From: Eubacteriales bacterium
GTDB taxonomy: Bacteria; Bacillota; Clostridia; Oscillospirales; CAG-272
DNA length: 64,000 bases
Assembly: GCA_045658315.1 (NCBI GenBank)
Contig: JAZOUV010000023.1
Coordinates: 15,065 to 79,064, forward strand
Direction: 5' to 3'
Positions 47,193 to 58,033 of the stretch are shown here, piece by piece. How positions within the stretch are numbered: position 1 is the first letter of the stretch; each line of letters begins with the position of its first letter. The notes beneath the pieces are model-generated. The model ran no database searches and had not been told where the DNA came from. It saw nothing but the letters and a program-made list of their open reading frames with translations. Made by a program: the position numbers and the translations under genes.

Positions 47193-47879
47193 ATGGATGA
47201 AGTTACAATAAGACCGATAGCATACATAAAGACGGATTTTACTCAAAAGTTTGGTATTCCCCGTCAAAGCGGAAGAGTAGAGTCTCTGAGGGCAAAGATA
47301 GTATTTTTGCCGGAATACAGAAACAGAGATGCATTAAGAGAGATAGAGGGTTTTTCTCACTTGTGGCTGATATTTGATTTTTCTATCGCTCATAGAGAAG
47401 GGTGGTCTCCGACCGTAAGACCTCCACGTCTCGGCGGGAACAGACGAGTGGGAGTTTTTGCAAGCCGTTCACCTTTCAGACCGAATAACTTGGGGTTATC
47501 TTGTGTGGAACTTATTTCGGTAAAACAAGAAAAAGATAACGGATATGTGTTGATTGTAGGGGGGGCAGACCTGCTTGACGGAACACCGATATATGATATA
47601 AAGCCCTATTTGCCGTATTCCGATTCGAGACCCGAAGCAAAAGGCGGATACGCCGACGAAGAAGCGGAACACCGACTTGACGTGGTGATAGATGAAGAAC
47701 TTCTTGAAAAAATTACGGAAGAAAAAAGAAAGCCACTTCTTGACTGTCTTGCTGATGACCCGCGTCCATCATATCAAGAAGACGAGAAGCGTATATATAA
47801 AATGAGATTTGCGGGATATGAGATACATTTTACGGTTGACGGAAGCTTGTTGAAGGTAGTAGATGTTTCGACAACTTAA
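47193..47879 (+). CDS. trmO: tRNA (t6A37-N6)-methyltransferase TrmO (TsaA/YaeB family)
   Basis: 228 aa. FGIPRQSG, FSHLWLIFDF, RSPFRPNNLGLS and DGTPIYDIKPY motifs of the TsaA-like family. Confidence 0.85.
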   Translation: MDEVTIRPIAYIKTDFTQKFGIPRQSGRVESLRAKIVFLPEYRNRDALREIEGFSHLWLIFDFSIAHREGWSPTVRPPRLGGNRRVGVFASRSPFRPNNLGLSCVELISVKQEKDNGYVLIVGGADLLDGTPIYDIKPYLPYSDSRPEAKGGYADEEAEHRLDVVIDEELLEKITEEKRKPLLDCLADDPRPSYQEDEKRIYKMRFAGYEIHFTVDGSLLKVVDVSTT

Positions 47880-47981
47880 TTTGCAAAAAAATATTGATTT
47901 TTGTCGGAAACGGTGGTAAAATAATACAGTTTAATTGATAATATGACAACGTTTACGGTTGTGAAATAACAGAGGTAAAGT

Positions 47982-48893
47982 ATGAGAAAAATACATATTC
48001 TTAACCCTGCGGCAGGAATGTTGAAGGCACACTTGTATATACCCGAAACTGTTGAGGTGTATGAGACAACGGGTCCTCACGATATGGAGCGTTTTATAAC
48101 CGAGACATTAAGAAATGACACCGAAGTGCATTTTACGGTGTATGGTGGAGATGGAACTGTCAGTGAGGCTGTTAATGGAATAATGGCGGCGGGAGAAGAG
48201 GCGGCAAAGAAGTGTTTTCTTTCTGTCGTTCCTAAAGGCTCGGGGAATGATTTTGTACGCAACTTTTCCAAGACGGAAAAGTATATGGGCAAAGTTGACG
48301 TACTTAAGATAAACGATAGATACGGAATAAATTCAGTTAATATAGGCTTTGACTGCGATGTTGTTGTAGAGACCGATAAGGTTAAGAAGAACTTTTTGAC
48401 GTCGGGCAGTTTTGGCTACATAGTAGGTGTTATTAAGGTTCTCTCGGGAGAAATGGGAAAGGACTTTGAAATAGAGCTTACGAAGAAAGACGGAGAAAAG
48501 ATTGAATTTAAGGGTAAATATCTTATGACTTGTCTCGGTAACGGGAAGTACTGCGGAGGCGGATTCAAATTTGCACCTGCTGCTGTTTTGAATGACGGTT
48601 ACTTTGACGCTATGGTTATAAATAATATGAGAAAGACGACGTTTTTGAAGCTTGTCGGAGACTACAGATTAGGCAAACACGTAAACGAAGCTACTTGCGA
48701 AGTTAAAGACAAATATAAAGAACTGCTGACATATTTTCAGTGTACGAGAATGACAGTGAAAAATATCAGCAGATACGGTATAGACGGCGAAGTTATTTAT
48801 GGAGATACGGTAGATATATCTATCGTACCCAAGGCGATAAACGTTAAGATGCCCGCTTTAGATTTAACTAAGCTCAGCAACATGAAGAAATAA
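47982..48893 (+). CDS. diacylglycerol-kinase-family lipid kinase (YegS/DagK-like)
   Basis: 303 aa. YGGDGTVSEAVNG and PKGSGNDF motifs. Confidence 0.85.
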   Translation: MRKIHILNPAAGMLKAHLYIPETVEVYETTGPHDMERFITETLRNDTEVHFTVYGGDGTVSEAVNGIMAAGEEAAKKCFLSVVPKGSGNDFVRNFSKTEKYMGKVDVLKINDRYGINSVNIGFDCDVVVETDKVKKNFLTSGSFGYIVGVIKVLSGEMGKDFEIELTKKDGEKIEFKGKYLMTCLGNGKYCGGGFKFAPAAVLNDGYFDAMVINNMRKTTFLKLVGDYRLGKHVNEATCEVKDKYKELLTYFQCTRMTVKNISRYGIDGEVIYGDTVDISIVPKAINVKMPALDLTKLSNMKK

Positions 48894-49551
48894 AGTTATC
48901 GAAAATAAGCTTTGCATGAATATTGGTCGAATACATTCTTTCGGGGTGCCATTGTATTCCCAGGTGAAATTTTTTGCCGGGGGCATATACGGCTTCGATA
49001 GTACCGTCTTCGCTTTGTGCGGCTGCCTTTAAACTACCTAAAGCCTTGACTGTTTGGTGGTGGAAGCTGTTGACGTCGGTGATGTCAGCAGCGAGGATTT
49101 TTTGCAGCGGTGTGTCGGGAAGTATTTTTACCGTATGGCTTGTTACGTGCTTATCGGCAGTTTGGTCGTGGTTGTTGATATGCTGATGCAGCGTTCCGTC
49201 TGCGGCAACGGTGAGAAGCTGACAGCCGCGGCAGATGCCGAGGACGGACTTATCTAAATCAGTAGCAAATTTGCATAGCTTAAGCTCGAAAATATCTCTT
49301 TCAAATTCGATGTTTCCGCAATTAGCCTGTGCATTTTCTCCGTATTTTTGCGGGTCAATATTGGTTCCTCCCGAAAAAATGATGCCGTCGAGACGGTTTA
49401 CGGTTTCTTCTATAACAGAGTCGTTTCGGGTATATGGCAGTATAAAAGGGATACCGCCCGATTCTTCTACGGCTTTTGCATAAAAGGGAGAAATTTTGTT
49501 TATACCGAGGTAGTTATCGTATTGAGGTGTTATACCTATAAGTGGCTTCAT
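48874..49551 (-). CDS. gamma-glutamyl-GABA hydrolase-like class-I glutamine amidotransferase (peptidase C26)
   Basis: 225 aa from ATG 49551 (GGAGG 8 nt upstream). GICRGCQLL nucleophile elbow and HHQ/WHPE motifs. The track start at 49731 is rejected. Confidence 0.85.
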   Translation of the reverse strand: MKPLIGITPQYDNYLGINKISPFYAKAVEESGGIPFILPYTRNDSVIEETVNRLDGIIFSGGTNIDPQKYGENAQANCGNIEFERDIFELKLCKFATDLDKSVLGICRGCQLLTVAADGTLHQHINNHDQTADKHVTSHTVKILPDTPLQKILAADITDVNSFHHQTVKALGSLKAAAQSEDGTIEAVYAPGKKFHLGIQWHPERMYSTNIHAKLIFDNFISSCC

Positions 49552-49670
49552 AAATTTTTCCTCCGAAGTAAATTTGTACATTTTATTCGGCGGTAGACAG
49601 ATATATGAATAAAGACAAAACGATTTGTATATAAAGTAATACAAAAGACAAAGAAAGGTTTGGTTTTTTA

Positions 49671-50654
49671 ATGAGCATAAGAGTTGGTATAGTAGGCTAT
49701 GGAAATCTTGCAAAGGGAGCTGAAGCGTCAATAAAAGATAATGCCGATATGACCCTCGAGGCAGTATTCACGAGACGGGATCCATCAAAAGTAAAAATTA
49801 ATACAGAGGGAGTTCCGGTACTTCATACAGATGAGATAAAGAGTTATAAGGACAAGATAGACGTTCTTATAATATGCGGAGGAAGTGCAACCGACCTTCC
49901 CGTACAGACCCCGGAGTATGCAGAATATTTCAACGTTATTGATAGCTTTGACAATCATTCTATGATACAGACACATTTTGAAAATGTTGATAAGTCCTCT
50001 AAAAAAGGCGGTTATGTCAGCGTTATATCAGTGGGCTGGGACCCGGGAATGTTTTCTTTGAACCGTCTTTACGGCGGTGTTACCTTGCCGGTGGGAGAGA
50101 CATATACTTTTTGGGGGAAGGGCGTAAGTCAGGGACATTCCGATGCTATACGCAGAATTGAAGGAGTAAAAAACGCAAAGCAATATACTATTCCCGTAGA
50201 AAGTGCATTGGAAAGAGTAAGAAACGGTGAAAATCCTACACTCACAACGAGAGAAAAGCATACGAGAGAGTGTTTTGTGGTTGCCGAGGACGGGGCGGAC
50301 AAGGCGAGAATTGAAAAAGAGATTAAAGAAATGCCCGCCTATTTTGCCGATTATGATACCACTGTCAATTTTATAACCGAAGAAGAGCTTGAAAGAGACC
50401 ATTCGGGTATTCCTCACGGCGGTTTTGTTATAAGAACAGGAATGACCAACGGCGGTAAATCGACACACGTTGTTGAATATTCGTTGAAGCTTGATTCAAA
50501 CCCCGAATTTACCGCAAGCGTGCTTGTTGCTTATGCTCGTGCCGCATATAGATTACACAAAGAGGGGCAGTCGGGCTGCAAGACGATATTTGATATCCCC
50601 CCTGCATATTTATCCCACCTTGACGGCGAAACTTTAAGAAAAACATTATTATAA
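49671..50654 (+). CDS. ddh: meso-diaminopimelate D-dehydrogenase
   Basis: 327 aa. IRVGIVGYGNLAKG N-terminus and WGKGVSQGHSDAIRRIEGV are typical of Ddh. Confidence 0.9.
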   Translation: MSIRVGIVGYGNLAKGAEASIKDNADMTLEAVFTRRDPSKVKINTEGVPVLHTDEIKSYKDKIDVLIICGGSATDLPVQTPEYAEYFNVIDSFDNHSMIQTHFENVDKSSKKGGYVSVISVGWDPGMFSLNRLYGGVTLPVGETYTFWGKGVSQGHSDAIRRIEGVKNAKQYTIPVESALERVRNGENPTLTTREKHTRECFVVAEDGADKARIEKEIKEMPAYFADYDTTVNFITEEELERDHSGIPHGGFVIRTGMTNGGKSTHVVEYSLKLDSNPEFTASVLVAYARAAYRLHKEGQSGCKTIFDIPPAYLSHLDGETLRKTLL

Positions 50655-50661
50655 AAACATA

Positions 50662-50693
50662 AAAACGAGCCGATTTGATTATCGGCTCGTTTT
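50662..50693. terminator. bidirectional terminator between ddh and the pseudouridine synthase gene
   Basis: AAAACGAGCCGAT-ttgatt-ATCGGCTCGTTTT. Confidence 0.85.
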
Positions 50694-50699
50694 AGTGTT

Positions 50700-51653
50700 T
50701 TAAAATTCTTTAAGGAAATATATATTGTCCTTTTTTACCTCAAATGATTTTCCCTTGAGGTAAGATAAAATACCCGACTCGGTCGTGAAATCAAAGCCTA
50801 ATTTGTATGAGTAAAGTGCCTGACACTTATAACCCGACTTGCGGTCATCCTTGTTTATGCCGTATTTACCGTCGCCGAGGAGAGGGTGTCCGATATACGA
50901 AAACTGTGCTCTGATTTGATGTGTTCTACCCGTCAAAAGTTCGGCTTCAATAAGAGAAAGATTGTTTCTTTCTTCAATAACTCTGTATTTTGTTTCGGCT
51001 GTTTTTGAACCTTTTACTCGGTTGTCATATACTTTGACGGTGTTGGTTTTTTCGTCCTTTAATATAAAGTTTTTGATTGTACCGCTTCTTGGTAAAACCT
51101 TGCCGTGAACCGCTAAAAGATATTTTTTGGTTATTTCACGGTTTTTTATTTTTTGGTTAAGAATACGCAATGTTTCGGCGTTTTTTGCGGCAATAACGAT
51201 ACCGCCCGTGTTTCTGTCTATACGATTGCAAAGTGCGGGAGAAAAAGAGTTTTCGTTTTCGGGAGTATATTCGCCTTTTTGATACAGATATGCTTTTATA
51301 TGGTTGATAAGCGTATTCGTATCTTCTTTTGAATCGGAATGAACTATAAGTCCCGGACGTTTATCTGCAAGGAGAATGTTTTTGTCTTCGTATACAACGT
51401 CTAAGTTAGCTTTTAGCTGAGTAAAAGCTTCCGACTGAGAAGATTTTTCAAAAAACTCTTCTGAAATAAATAATTCAACCGTGTCGCCGTTTTGTAAGAT
51501 GTATTTAGGCTCGGTACGTTTTCTGTTTACTTTAATTTTCTTCGTTCTTATCTGTTTATACATAAGGGAAAGGGGAAGCGTTTTTAATGTTTTGGTTAAA
51601 AATTTATCAAGCCTTTGCCCGGCATCGTTTTCCTTTACGGTAAGAGTCCGCAT
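50700..51653 (-). CDS. RluA-family pseudouridine synthase with N-terminal S4 domain
   Basis: 317 aa. S4-like QRLDKFL and the catalytic-loop region NRIDRNTGGIVIAAKN, then GRTHQIRAQ. Confidence 0.9.
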   Translation of the reverse strand: MRTLTVKENDAGQRLDKFLTKTLKTLPLSLMYKQIRTKKIKVNRKRTEPKYILQNGDTVELFISEEFFEKSSQSEAFTQLKANLDVVYEDKNILLADKRPGLIVHSDSKEDTNTLINHIKAYLYQKGEYTPENENSFSPALCNRIDRNTGGIVIAAKNAETLRILNQKIKNREITKKYLLAVHGKVLPRSGTIKNFILKDEKTNTVKVYDNRVKGSKTAETKYRVIEERNNLSLIEAELLTGRTHQIRAQFSYIGHPLLGDGKYGINKDDRKSGYKCQALYSYKLGFDFTTESGILSYLKGKSFEVKKDNIYFLKEF

Positions 51654-51805
51654 AATAATACTCCTTTATAGGAACTGTTCTAAAAAGATTATACCTTTTT
51701 TTAGCAAAAAATGCAATAAAATATATAAAAAAATATAAAATACTGTTTACAGAATGACAAAAAAATGTTAGAATATATTGATTAAGTATATTTATGGAGA
51801 CATAG

Positions 51806-53119
51806 ATGGAAAAAAAGTATAAAGCTTCGATATATACATTGGGATGCCGTGTAAACCTTTACGAAAGCGAAGCTATTGCGGACAAGCTTTCAGAATGCGG
51901 TTTTGAGATGCGGGATTTTTCCGAAAAGTGCGACGTTTACATTATAAATACCTGTACGGTAACAGCCGAAAGTGATCGCAAATCAAGGCAGATGATTAGA
52001 CGTGCTCTTAAGAATAATTCTGATGCAAAGGTGCTTGTTTGCGGCTGTCATTCTCAGATATTCCCGAAAGAGACGTCGGAGATATCGGGGGTCGATTATA
52101 TCGGCGGAACTACCAACAAGCTTGCGGTGGTTGAAAGGGCAGTTAGTCTTGTTGAAAACGGCAAGAACGAGAAAGCGGATATAAACATAGGAGACCCATT
52201 TAATGCTGAGTTTGAGACTATGGAAGCGATCTCACAGGACAGAACGAGAGCATTTCTGAAGATAGAAGACGGGTGCAATAACAAGTGTTCTTACTGCATA
52301 ATTCCCAAAGCAAGAGGCAGAGTACGTTCAAAGCCTATTGACGAGGTGTTGGCAGAGGTAAAGAATATTGTTGCAAACGGCTACCGAGAAATAGTGCTTG
52401 TCGGTATAGAGACGGCGGCTTACGGTGAAGGGAAGAATTACAGTTTGATTGATTTGCTTGAGAAGCTTGAAAATGTGGAGGGACTCGAGCGAATAAGACT
52501 CGGTTCTTTAGAACCCAGCCTTTTAAAGAAACCTATAATTGATAGGCTGGCGGTACTGAAAAAGCCTATGCCGCATTATCATCTGTCTCTCCAAAGCGGT
52601 ACTGATAGGACACTTAACGCTATGAGGCGTCGGTATAATACAAAAATGATAGCCGAGTGCGTAAATTATATGAGAGAGAAAATACCGAATGTAACTTTCG
52701 GATCGGACTTTATCGTAGGATTCCCGGGCGAGACCGAAGAAGACCACAAAAATACGATTGAGTTTGTTGATTCTTTTGAAATATTGAACAGCCACATTTT
52801 TTCTTATTCGATAAGACCCGATACAGAAGCTTCCCAAATGAAAGAGCAGTTGGATAATGACGTAAAAATGAAAAGGCACAAAGAACTGCAAAGGGTTGCC
52901 GAGAAAATGAAAAAAAGATGTGTTGAAGGTTTTATTGAAAAACAAACAATACTTGACGTACTTTTCGAGACAGAGAAGAATGGATATTGGTACGGACATA
53001 CAAGCAATTTTATTTATGTAAAAGTAAAAAATGATTCCGACTTAGGCGGAAAGCTTAAGGGTGTCGTTTTGAAAAAATATAACGAAAAAGACGGATTGAC
53101 CGAGGGAGAGTTAATATGA
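51806..53119 (+). CDS. mtaB: tRNA methylthiotransferase, MtaB-like (MiaB family radical SAM)
   Basis: 437 aa. UPF0004 N-domain (TLGCRVNLYESEA), a radical SAM cluster GCNNKCSYCIIP, and a C-terminal TRAM-like region. Confidence 0.85.
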   Translation: MEKKYKASIYTLGCRVNLYESEAIADKLSECGFEMRDFSEKCDVYIINTCTVTAESDRKSRQMIRRALKNNSDAKVLVCGCHSQIFPKETSEISGVDYIGGTTNKLAVVERAVSLVENGKNEKADINIGDPFNAEFETMEAISQDRTRAFLKIEDGCNNKCSYCIIPKARGRVRSKPIDEVLAEVKNIVANGYREIVLVGIETAAYGEGKNYSLIDLLEKLENVEGLERIRLGSLEPSLLKKPIIDRLAVLKKPMPHYHLSLQSGTDRTLNAMRRRYNTKMIAECVNYMREKIPNVTFGSDFIVGFPGETEEDHKNTIEFVDSFEILNSHIFSYSIRPDTEASQMKEQLDNDVKMKRHKELQRVAEKMKKRCVEGFIEKQTILDVLFETEKNGYWYGHTSNFIYVKVKNDSDLGGKLKGVVLKKYNEKDGLTEGELI

Positions 53120-56100
53120 GCGTTTTCAGAGTTTTTGTTGAAAGAAAACAGGACAACCGCATTGAAGCGGAAAGTGTGAAGAGAGATCTTCGTGAAAACT
53201 TGATGATAGGCGGACTTGAAAATGTCAGACTTGTCAACAGATATTATGTTGAGGGTATCAGTGAAGAAATTTTTGAGAAAGCAAAGTATACTATCTTTTC
53301 AGAGCCGCAAACAGACGTGGCTTCGGAAGATATCGAATATGGCACTGAAGATAAGCTTTTTGCAGTGGAGTATTTGCCCGGACAGTTTGACCAGAGAGCT
53401 GACTCTTGTTCGCAGTGTATTCAGATTCTTACGCAGGGCGACAGACCAATCGTAAAGACTGCAAAGATTTACATTCTTTCGGGTAACGTATCGGATGGTG
53501 AGCTTGAAAGTATAAAGAAATACGTAATTAACCCCGTAGAAAGTCGCGAAGCTTCTTTTGAAATGCCTGCTTCCTTGGAGGAAAAGCACGAAATGCCCGA
53601 TATGGTTCCTACCATTGACGGTTTTATTAAGATGACAAGACCCGATTTTAAGGGCTTTATAGCTAAATACGCTTTGGCTATGGACGAGGACGACGTTGAA
53701 TTCTGCGTTAAGCATTTCAGAGACGAGGAAAAGAGAGATCCTACACTTTCAGAGCTTCGTCTTATCGACTCCTACTGGTCAGACCACTGCCGTCATACAA
53801 CGTTTCTTACACATATTGACGGTGTAAAAATAGAAGATTCATTTATAGCTGATACTTATAAAGATTATCTTGCAAAGAGAGAAGAGGTATATGCAGGTAA
53901 AAAAATGAAGCCTATGACATTGATGGATATAGGCACGTTGGCTGCAAAGTATCTCAAGAAAAAGGGTATACTCAAGAACCTTGACGAGTCCGAAGAGATA
54001 AATGCCTGTTCAGTTAAGATAAAGGCTGAAATTGACGGAGAAGAGCAGGATTGGCTCTTGATGTTCAAGAACGAGACACATAACCACCCCACAGAAATTG
54101 AGCCTTTCGGCGGTGCGGCAACCTGTCTCGGCGGTGCTATAAGAGACCCGCTTTCAGGTAGATCCTACGTTTATCAGGCAATGCGTGTTACCGGTGCTGC
54201 CGATCCTCGCAAGAAAGTAAGCGAGACTATCCCCGGTAAGCTTCCTCAATCTAAAATTACAACGGGGGCTGCTAACGGTTATTCTTCATACGGTAACCAA
54301 ATTGGTCTTGCTACCGGCAGCGTTAATGAAATATATCATCCCAACTACGTTGCAAAGAGACTTGAAATAGGTGCTGTTGTGGGGGCTGCTCCCGCAGAAA
54401 ACGTAATCAGAGAGGTTCCCGAAGACGGAGATGTTGTAATACTTCTCGGAGGAAGAACGGGACGTGACGGTTGCGGCGGTGCGACAGGTTCGTCAAAGGC
54501 ACATACAGCTGAATCTCTTGTTAAGTGCGGTGCAGAGGTACAGAAGGGTAATCCCCCCGAAGAAAGAAAATTGCAGAGACTATTCCGTTCAAAAGAAGCT
54601 ACGACTCTTATAAGACGTTGTAACGACTTTGGTGCGGGTGGTATTTCCGTCGCTATCGGTGAGCTTGCAGACGGACTTGATATAGACCTTTCAAAAGTAC
54701 CGAAGAAGTACGAAGGACTTGACGGCACAGAACTTGCAATTTCCGAATCTCAGGAAAGAATGGCAGTTGTAGTAAGAGCAAAAGATGCAGAAAAGTTTAT
54801 GAAGCTTGCTCTCGGTGAAAACCTTGAATCTACTGTCGTTGCAAGAGTTACCGAAGAGAAGAGACTCCGAATGCATTGGAACGGCAAGACGACAGTTGAC
54901 CTTTCGAGAGAGTTTCTTAACTCAAACGGTGCAGAAAAGCATACAGAGATTTCGGTTTCTAAAGCTGACGTTGCAGATATATTCGATGCCTCGGCAACTT
55001 CTCATGCAAAGGCTACCGTAAAAGAAAGCTTTGTTTCTTTGGTTGGCGACCTTAACGTATGTTCGCAGAGAGGATTGGTAAGCCGTTTTGACTCGTCTAT
55101 TGGTGCCGGCAGTGTTGTAATGCCCTACGGTGGTAAAACACAGTCGACGTCGCCTCAGTTTATGGCGGCAAAGCTTCCTGTTCTCAAGGGTGAAACAAAT
55201 ACCGTATCTGTTATGGCTTACGGTTATAACCCGATGATAGCAGACAAGAGCCCCTACCACAGTGCACTTTATGCTGTAGTTGAAAGCGTATCGAGAATGG
55301 TTGCGGCGGGCGTTCCTTTTGAAGATTGCTATCTTACGTTCCAAGAGTATTTTGAGAGAACTAATAATAAGCCTGAAAGATGGGGAAAACCCTTCGCGGC
55401 ACTTCTTGGTGCATTCAAAGCACAGACAGAGCTTGGACTTGCGGCTATCGGCGGTAAAGACAGTATGAGCGGAACATTTGAAAAAATAGACGTTCCCCCC
55501 ACGCTCGTATCGTTTGCTTGTGCTGCAACAAAATTGCAGAATATTACAACTCCCGAATTCAAGAAAGCAGGAAACAACGTATATCTTATTACACCCGAAT
55601 ATGATGAAAACGGTATCGTATGCTTTGAATCCTTGAAGAAGGTTTACACCTATATTCACTCGCTTATTGTCGATAAGAAGGCAAAAGCGGTATATACACT
55701 CGGCTTTGGCGGTATTGCAGAAGGTATTGCAAAGATGACGTTTGGTAACGAGATTGGTTTTGAGTTTGCAGAAAACACCGATATGAAAGAGCTTCTTAAG
55801 AACGGCTACGGTGCGTACATTGTTGAAACCGACTCTATGGCAGAAGGCGAGCTCCTTGGTAAGACGTTAAGCGAAGCTGTTATCAAGCTTAACGGCGAAA
55901 CAGTTTGCGTAAAAGAACTTAAAGAAGCTTGGGAAGCACCCTTGCAGAAGGTATTCCCGACAGAAGCAAAGGGAATCGGCAAAGATACTACAGAGACATT
56001 TGCATATACCGAAAGAAATACTGCAAGACCTGTAGTTAAGGTTGCAAAGCCTCGCGTAATTATACCCGTATTCCCCGGTACTAACTGCGAATACGATACG

Positions 56101-56847
56101 GCAAGAGCATTTGAGAGAGCCGGAGCTGAGGCTGAAATATTTGTTCTCCGCAACATCAACTCCGACGTTCTTACACAGTCCATAAAAGAGTTTGCTGAAA
56201 AGATAAACAATAGCCAGATTCTTATGATTCCCGGCGGCTTCAGCGGCGGCGACGAGCCCGACGGTTCGGGTAAGTTTATTACTGCGGTACTTCGTAATCC
56301 TATGGTTAAAGAAGCTGTAACAAATCTTCTCGAAAACAGAGACGGTCTTATGCTCGGTATTTGTAACGGCTTCCAGGCACTCGTTAAATCAGGACTTTTG
56401 CCTTACGGTAAGATTATGGATACTATGGATACAGACAGTCCTACTTTGACGTTCAACGCTATCGGCAGACACCAGTCGCAGATGGTACAGACGAGAGTAT
56501 CCTCCGTTAAGTCGCCTTGGTTTGCAAACGTAAATACAGGTGACGTCCATACTGTTCCGATAAGCCATGGCGAAGGTAGATTTACTGCTCCAGAGGCAAT
56601 GTTGAGACAACTTGCGGCAAACGGGCAGATAGCTACGCAGTACGTTGATGAAAAGGGTAATCCTACAATGGATATTACCTTTAACCCCAACGCATCGGAT
56701 TATGCTATTGAAGGTATTACCAGCCCCGACGGCAGAATTCTCGGTAAGATGGCACACAGTGAGCGTGTTGGCAAAGGGGTTGCAATAAACGTTCCCGGCG
56801 AACAGGATCAAAAAATATTCTTGTCAGGTGTAGAATACTTTAAATAA
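53116..56847 (+). CDS. purL: phosphoribosylformylglycinamidine synthase (single-chain large PurL)
   Basis: 1243 aa. FGAM synthase core plus a C-terminal glutaminase domain (GICNGFQAL). ATGA overlap with the mtaB stop. Confidence 0.97.
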   Translation: MSVFRVFVERKQDNRIEAESVKRDLRENLMIGGLENVRLVNRYYVEGISEEIFEKAKYTIFSEPQTDVASEDIEYGTEDKLFAVEYLPGQFDQRADSCSQCIQILTQGDRPIVKTAKIYILSGNVSDGELESIKKYVINPVESREASFEMPASLEEKHEMPDMVPTIDGFIKMTRPDFKGFIAKYALAMDEDDVEFCVKHFRDEEKRDPTLSELRLIDSYWSDHCRHTTFLTHIDGVKIEDSFIADTYKDYLAKREEVYAGKKMKPMTLMDIGTLAAKYLKKKGILKNLDESEEINACSVKIKAEIDGEEQDWLLMFKNETHNHPTEIEPFGGAATCLGGAIRDPLSGRSYVYQAMRVTGAADPRKKVSETIPGKLPQSKITTGAANGYSSYGNQIGLATGSVNEIYHPNYVAKRLEIGAVVGAAPAENVIREVPEDGDVVILLGGRTGRDGCGGATGSSKAHTAESLVKCGAEVQKGNPPEERKLQRLFRSKEATTLIRRCNDFGAGGISVAIGELADGLDIDLSKVPKKYEGLDGTELAISESQERMAVVVRAKDAEKFMKLALGENLESTVVARVTEEKRLRMHWNGKTTVDLSREFLNSNGAEKHTEISVSKADVADIFDASATSHAKATVKESFVSLVGDLNVCSQRGLVSRFDSSIGAGSVVMPYGGKTQSTSPQFMAAKLPVLKGETNTVSVMAYGYNPMIADKSPYHSALYAVVESVSRMVAAGVPFEDCYLTFQEYFERTNNKPERWGKPFAALLGAFKAQTELGLAAIGGKDSMSGTFEKIDVPPTLVSFACAATKLQNITTPEFKKAGNNVYLITPEYDENGIVCFESLKKVYTYIHSLIVDKKAKAVYTLGFGGIAEGIAKMTFGNEIGFEFAENTDMKELLKNGYGAYIVETDSMAEGELLGKTLSEAVIKLNGETVCVKELKEAWEAPLQKVFPTEAKGIGKDTTETFAYTERNTARPVVKVAKPRVIIPVFPGTNCEYDTARAFERAGAEAEIFVLRNINSDVLTQSIKEFAEKINNSQILMIPGGFSGGDEPDGSGKFITAVLRNPMVKEAVTNLLENRDGLMLGICNGFQALVKSGLLPYGKIMDTMDTDSPTLTFNAIGRHQSQMVQTRVSSVKSPWFANVNTGDVHTVPISHGEGRFTAPEAMLRQLAANGQIATQYVDEKGNPTMDITFNPNASDYAIEGITSPDGRILGKMAHSERVGKGVAINVPGEQDQKIFLSGVEYFK

Positions 56848-56857
56848 AATAAAGCTA

Positions 56858-56899
56858 AAAAAGAGGATACTTTTTTCGTTGAATGTATCCTCTTTTTTT
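56858..56899 (+). terminator. rho-independent terminator after purL
   Basis: AAGAGGATAC-(14 nt)-GTATCCTCTT plus a T-run. Confidence 0.8.
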
Positions 56900-56963
56900 A
56901 ACACAGTTGCAGAGTTTTGCATAGAATATCATTGAAATAATTATTTAAAAGGGAGATATTTTA

Positions 56964-58001
56964 ATGCAGAACGAAAAAAAGTACTTTGCATCTGCAAATA
57001 CCGAAAAGGGTTTTGTATCATATTTTAACGAGATATACGGCGAGCTTGATATGGTATACATAATAAAGGGCGGACCGGGAACGGGAAAATCAAGTCTCAT
57101 GCGAAAAATAGCCGATGAAGCCGAGGCGGAGAAATATTCGGTAGAATATTTTTACTGTTCGTCCGACCCGTTATCGCTTGACGGAATAATAATAGAAGAG
57201 TTGAATACAGCAGTTATTGACGGAACGGCACCGCATACGTATGACCCGAGATATCCGGGAGTAAAAGATAAGATAATACACCTCGGTGAGAATTGGGATG
57301 AAACGATGCTGCGGAAGAGTTCGAGGGAAATATGCGAGATAATAGATACGAAAAAAGCATTGTATAACAACGTGTATAACTACTTATCTGCAGCAGGCAG
57401 AGTAGAAGCCGAAATGAAGATGTGTAACAGACGTGCGGTGCTGTTTGAAAAGATGCAGGGAGCAGTAGACAGATTAAGTAAAGGCTGGAAGAACGGGGCG
57501 GGATTTTCAAAAAAGATACGCCCGGTCGAGGGAATAAGCCACGCAGGACACATAATTTATCATACGTATCACAGATCAGCGGAAAATAATTATGTTATAC
57601 GTGACAGATACGGCATAGGAAACATATTTATTGAAATGATAATTAAGAAAGCAGAGAGCAAAGGCTTAAAGGTGGTTTACAGCCCGAGTTTTCTTGACGT
57701 ATCAAACGTTTCTGCAATTTTATTGCCCGAGGTTAGCAGCTCGTTTGTAATATCCGACGATAATGATATAAACAAAAAGCAGATCAATATGGACAGATTT
57801 ATTGATATAGAGAGGATAAGAAGGAATAAGCAGAAGAACAGATTTGCGAGACGGTGTTTAAATTCACTTTACGAGGGCGTACAAAAAGGGTTTGATGAGA
57901 TATATGAGCTTCATTCCCAACTTGAAAGATATTATATAGAAGCTATGGATTTTGCAAAAAACGAAGAAGTGTTAAAAAGAATAAAAAAAGAGATGTTTTA
58001 G
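56964..58001 (+). CDS. uncharacterised P-loop NTPase
   Basis: 345 aa. Walker A GGPGTGKSS at aa ~36. GGGAG SD upstream. No further family assignment is possible by eye. Confidence 0.6.
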   Translation: MQNEKKYFASANTEKGFVSYFNEIYGELDMVYIIKGGPGTGKSSLMRKIADEAEAEKYSVEYFYCSSDPLSLDGIIIEELNTAVIDGTAPHTYDPRYPGVKDKIIHLGENWDETMLRKSSREICEIIDTKKALYNNVYNYLSAAGRVEAEMKMCNRRAVLFEKMQGAVDRLSKGWKNGAGFSKKIRPVEGISHAGHIIYHTYHRSAENNYVIRDRYGIGNIFIEMIIKKAESKGLKVVYSPSFLDVSNVSAILLPEVSSSFVISDDNDINKKQINMDRFIDIERIRRNKQKNRFARRCLNSLYEGVQKGFDEIYELHSQLERYYIEAMDFAKNEEVLKRIKKEMF

Positions 58002-58033
58002 ATATATCTGAACAAATAAATTAATACTGTTTA

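Noticed and set aside
48874-48893. 20-bp overlap of the convergent 3' ends of the lipid kinase and C26 hydrolase genes.
   Set aside because: Short convergent overlaps are common in compact genomes. No hairpin or regulatory feature is visible in the overlap.
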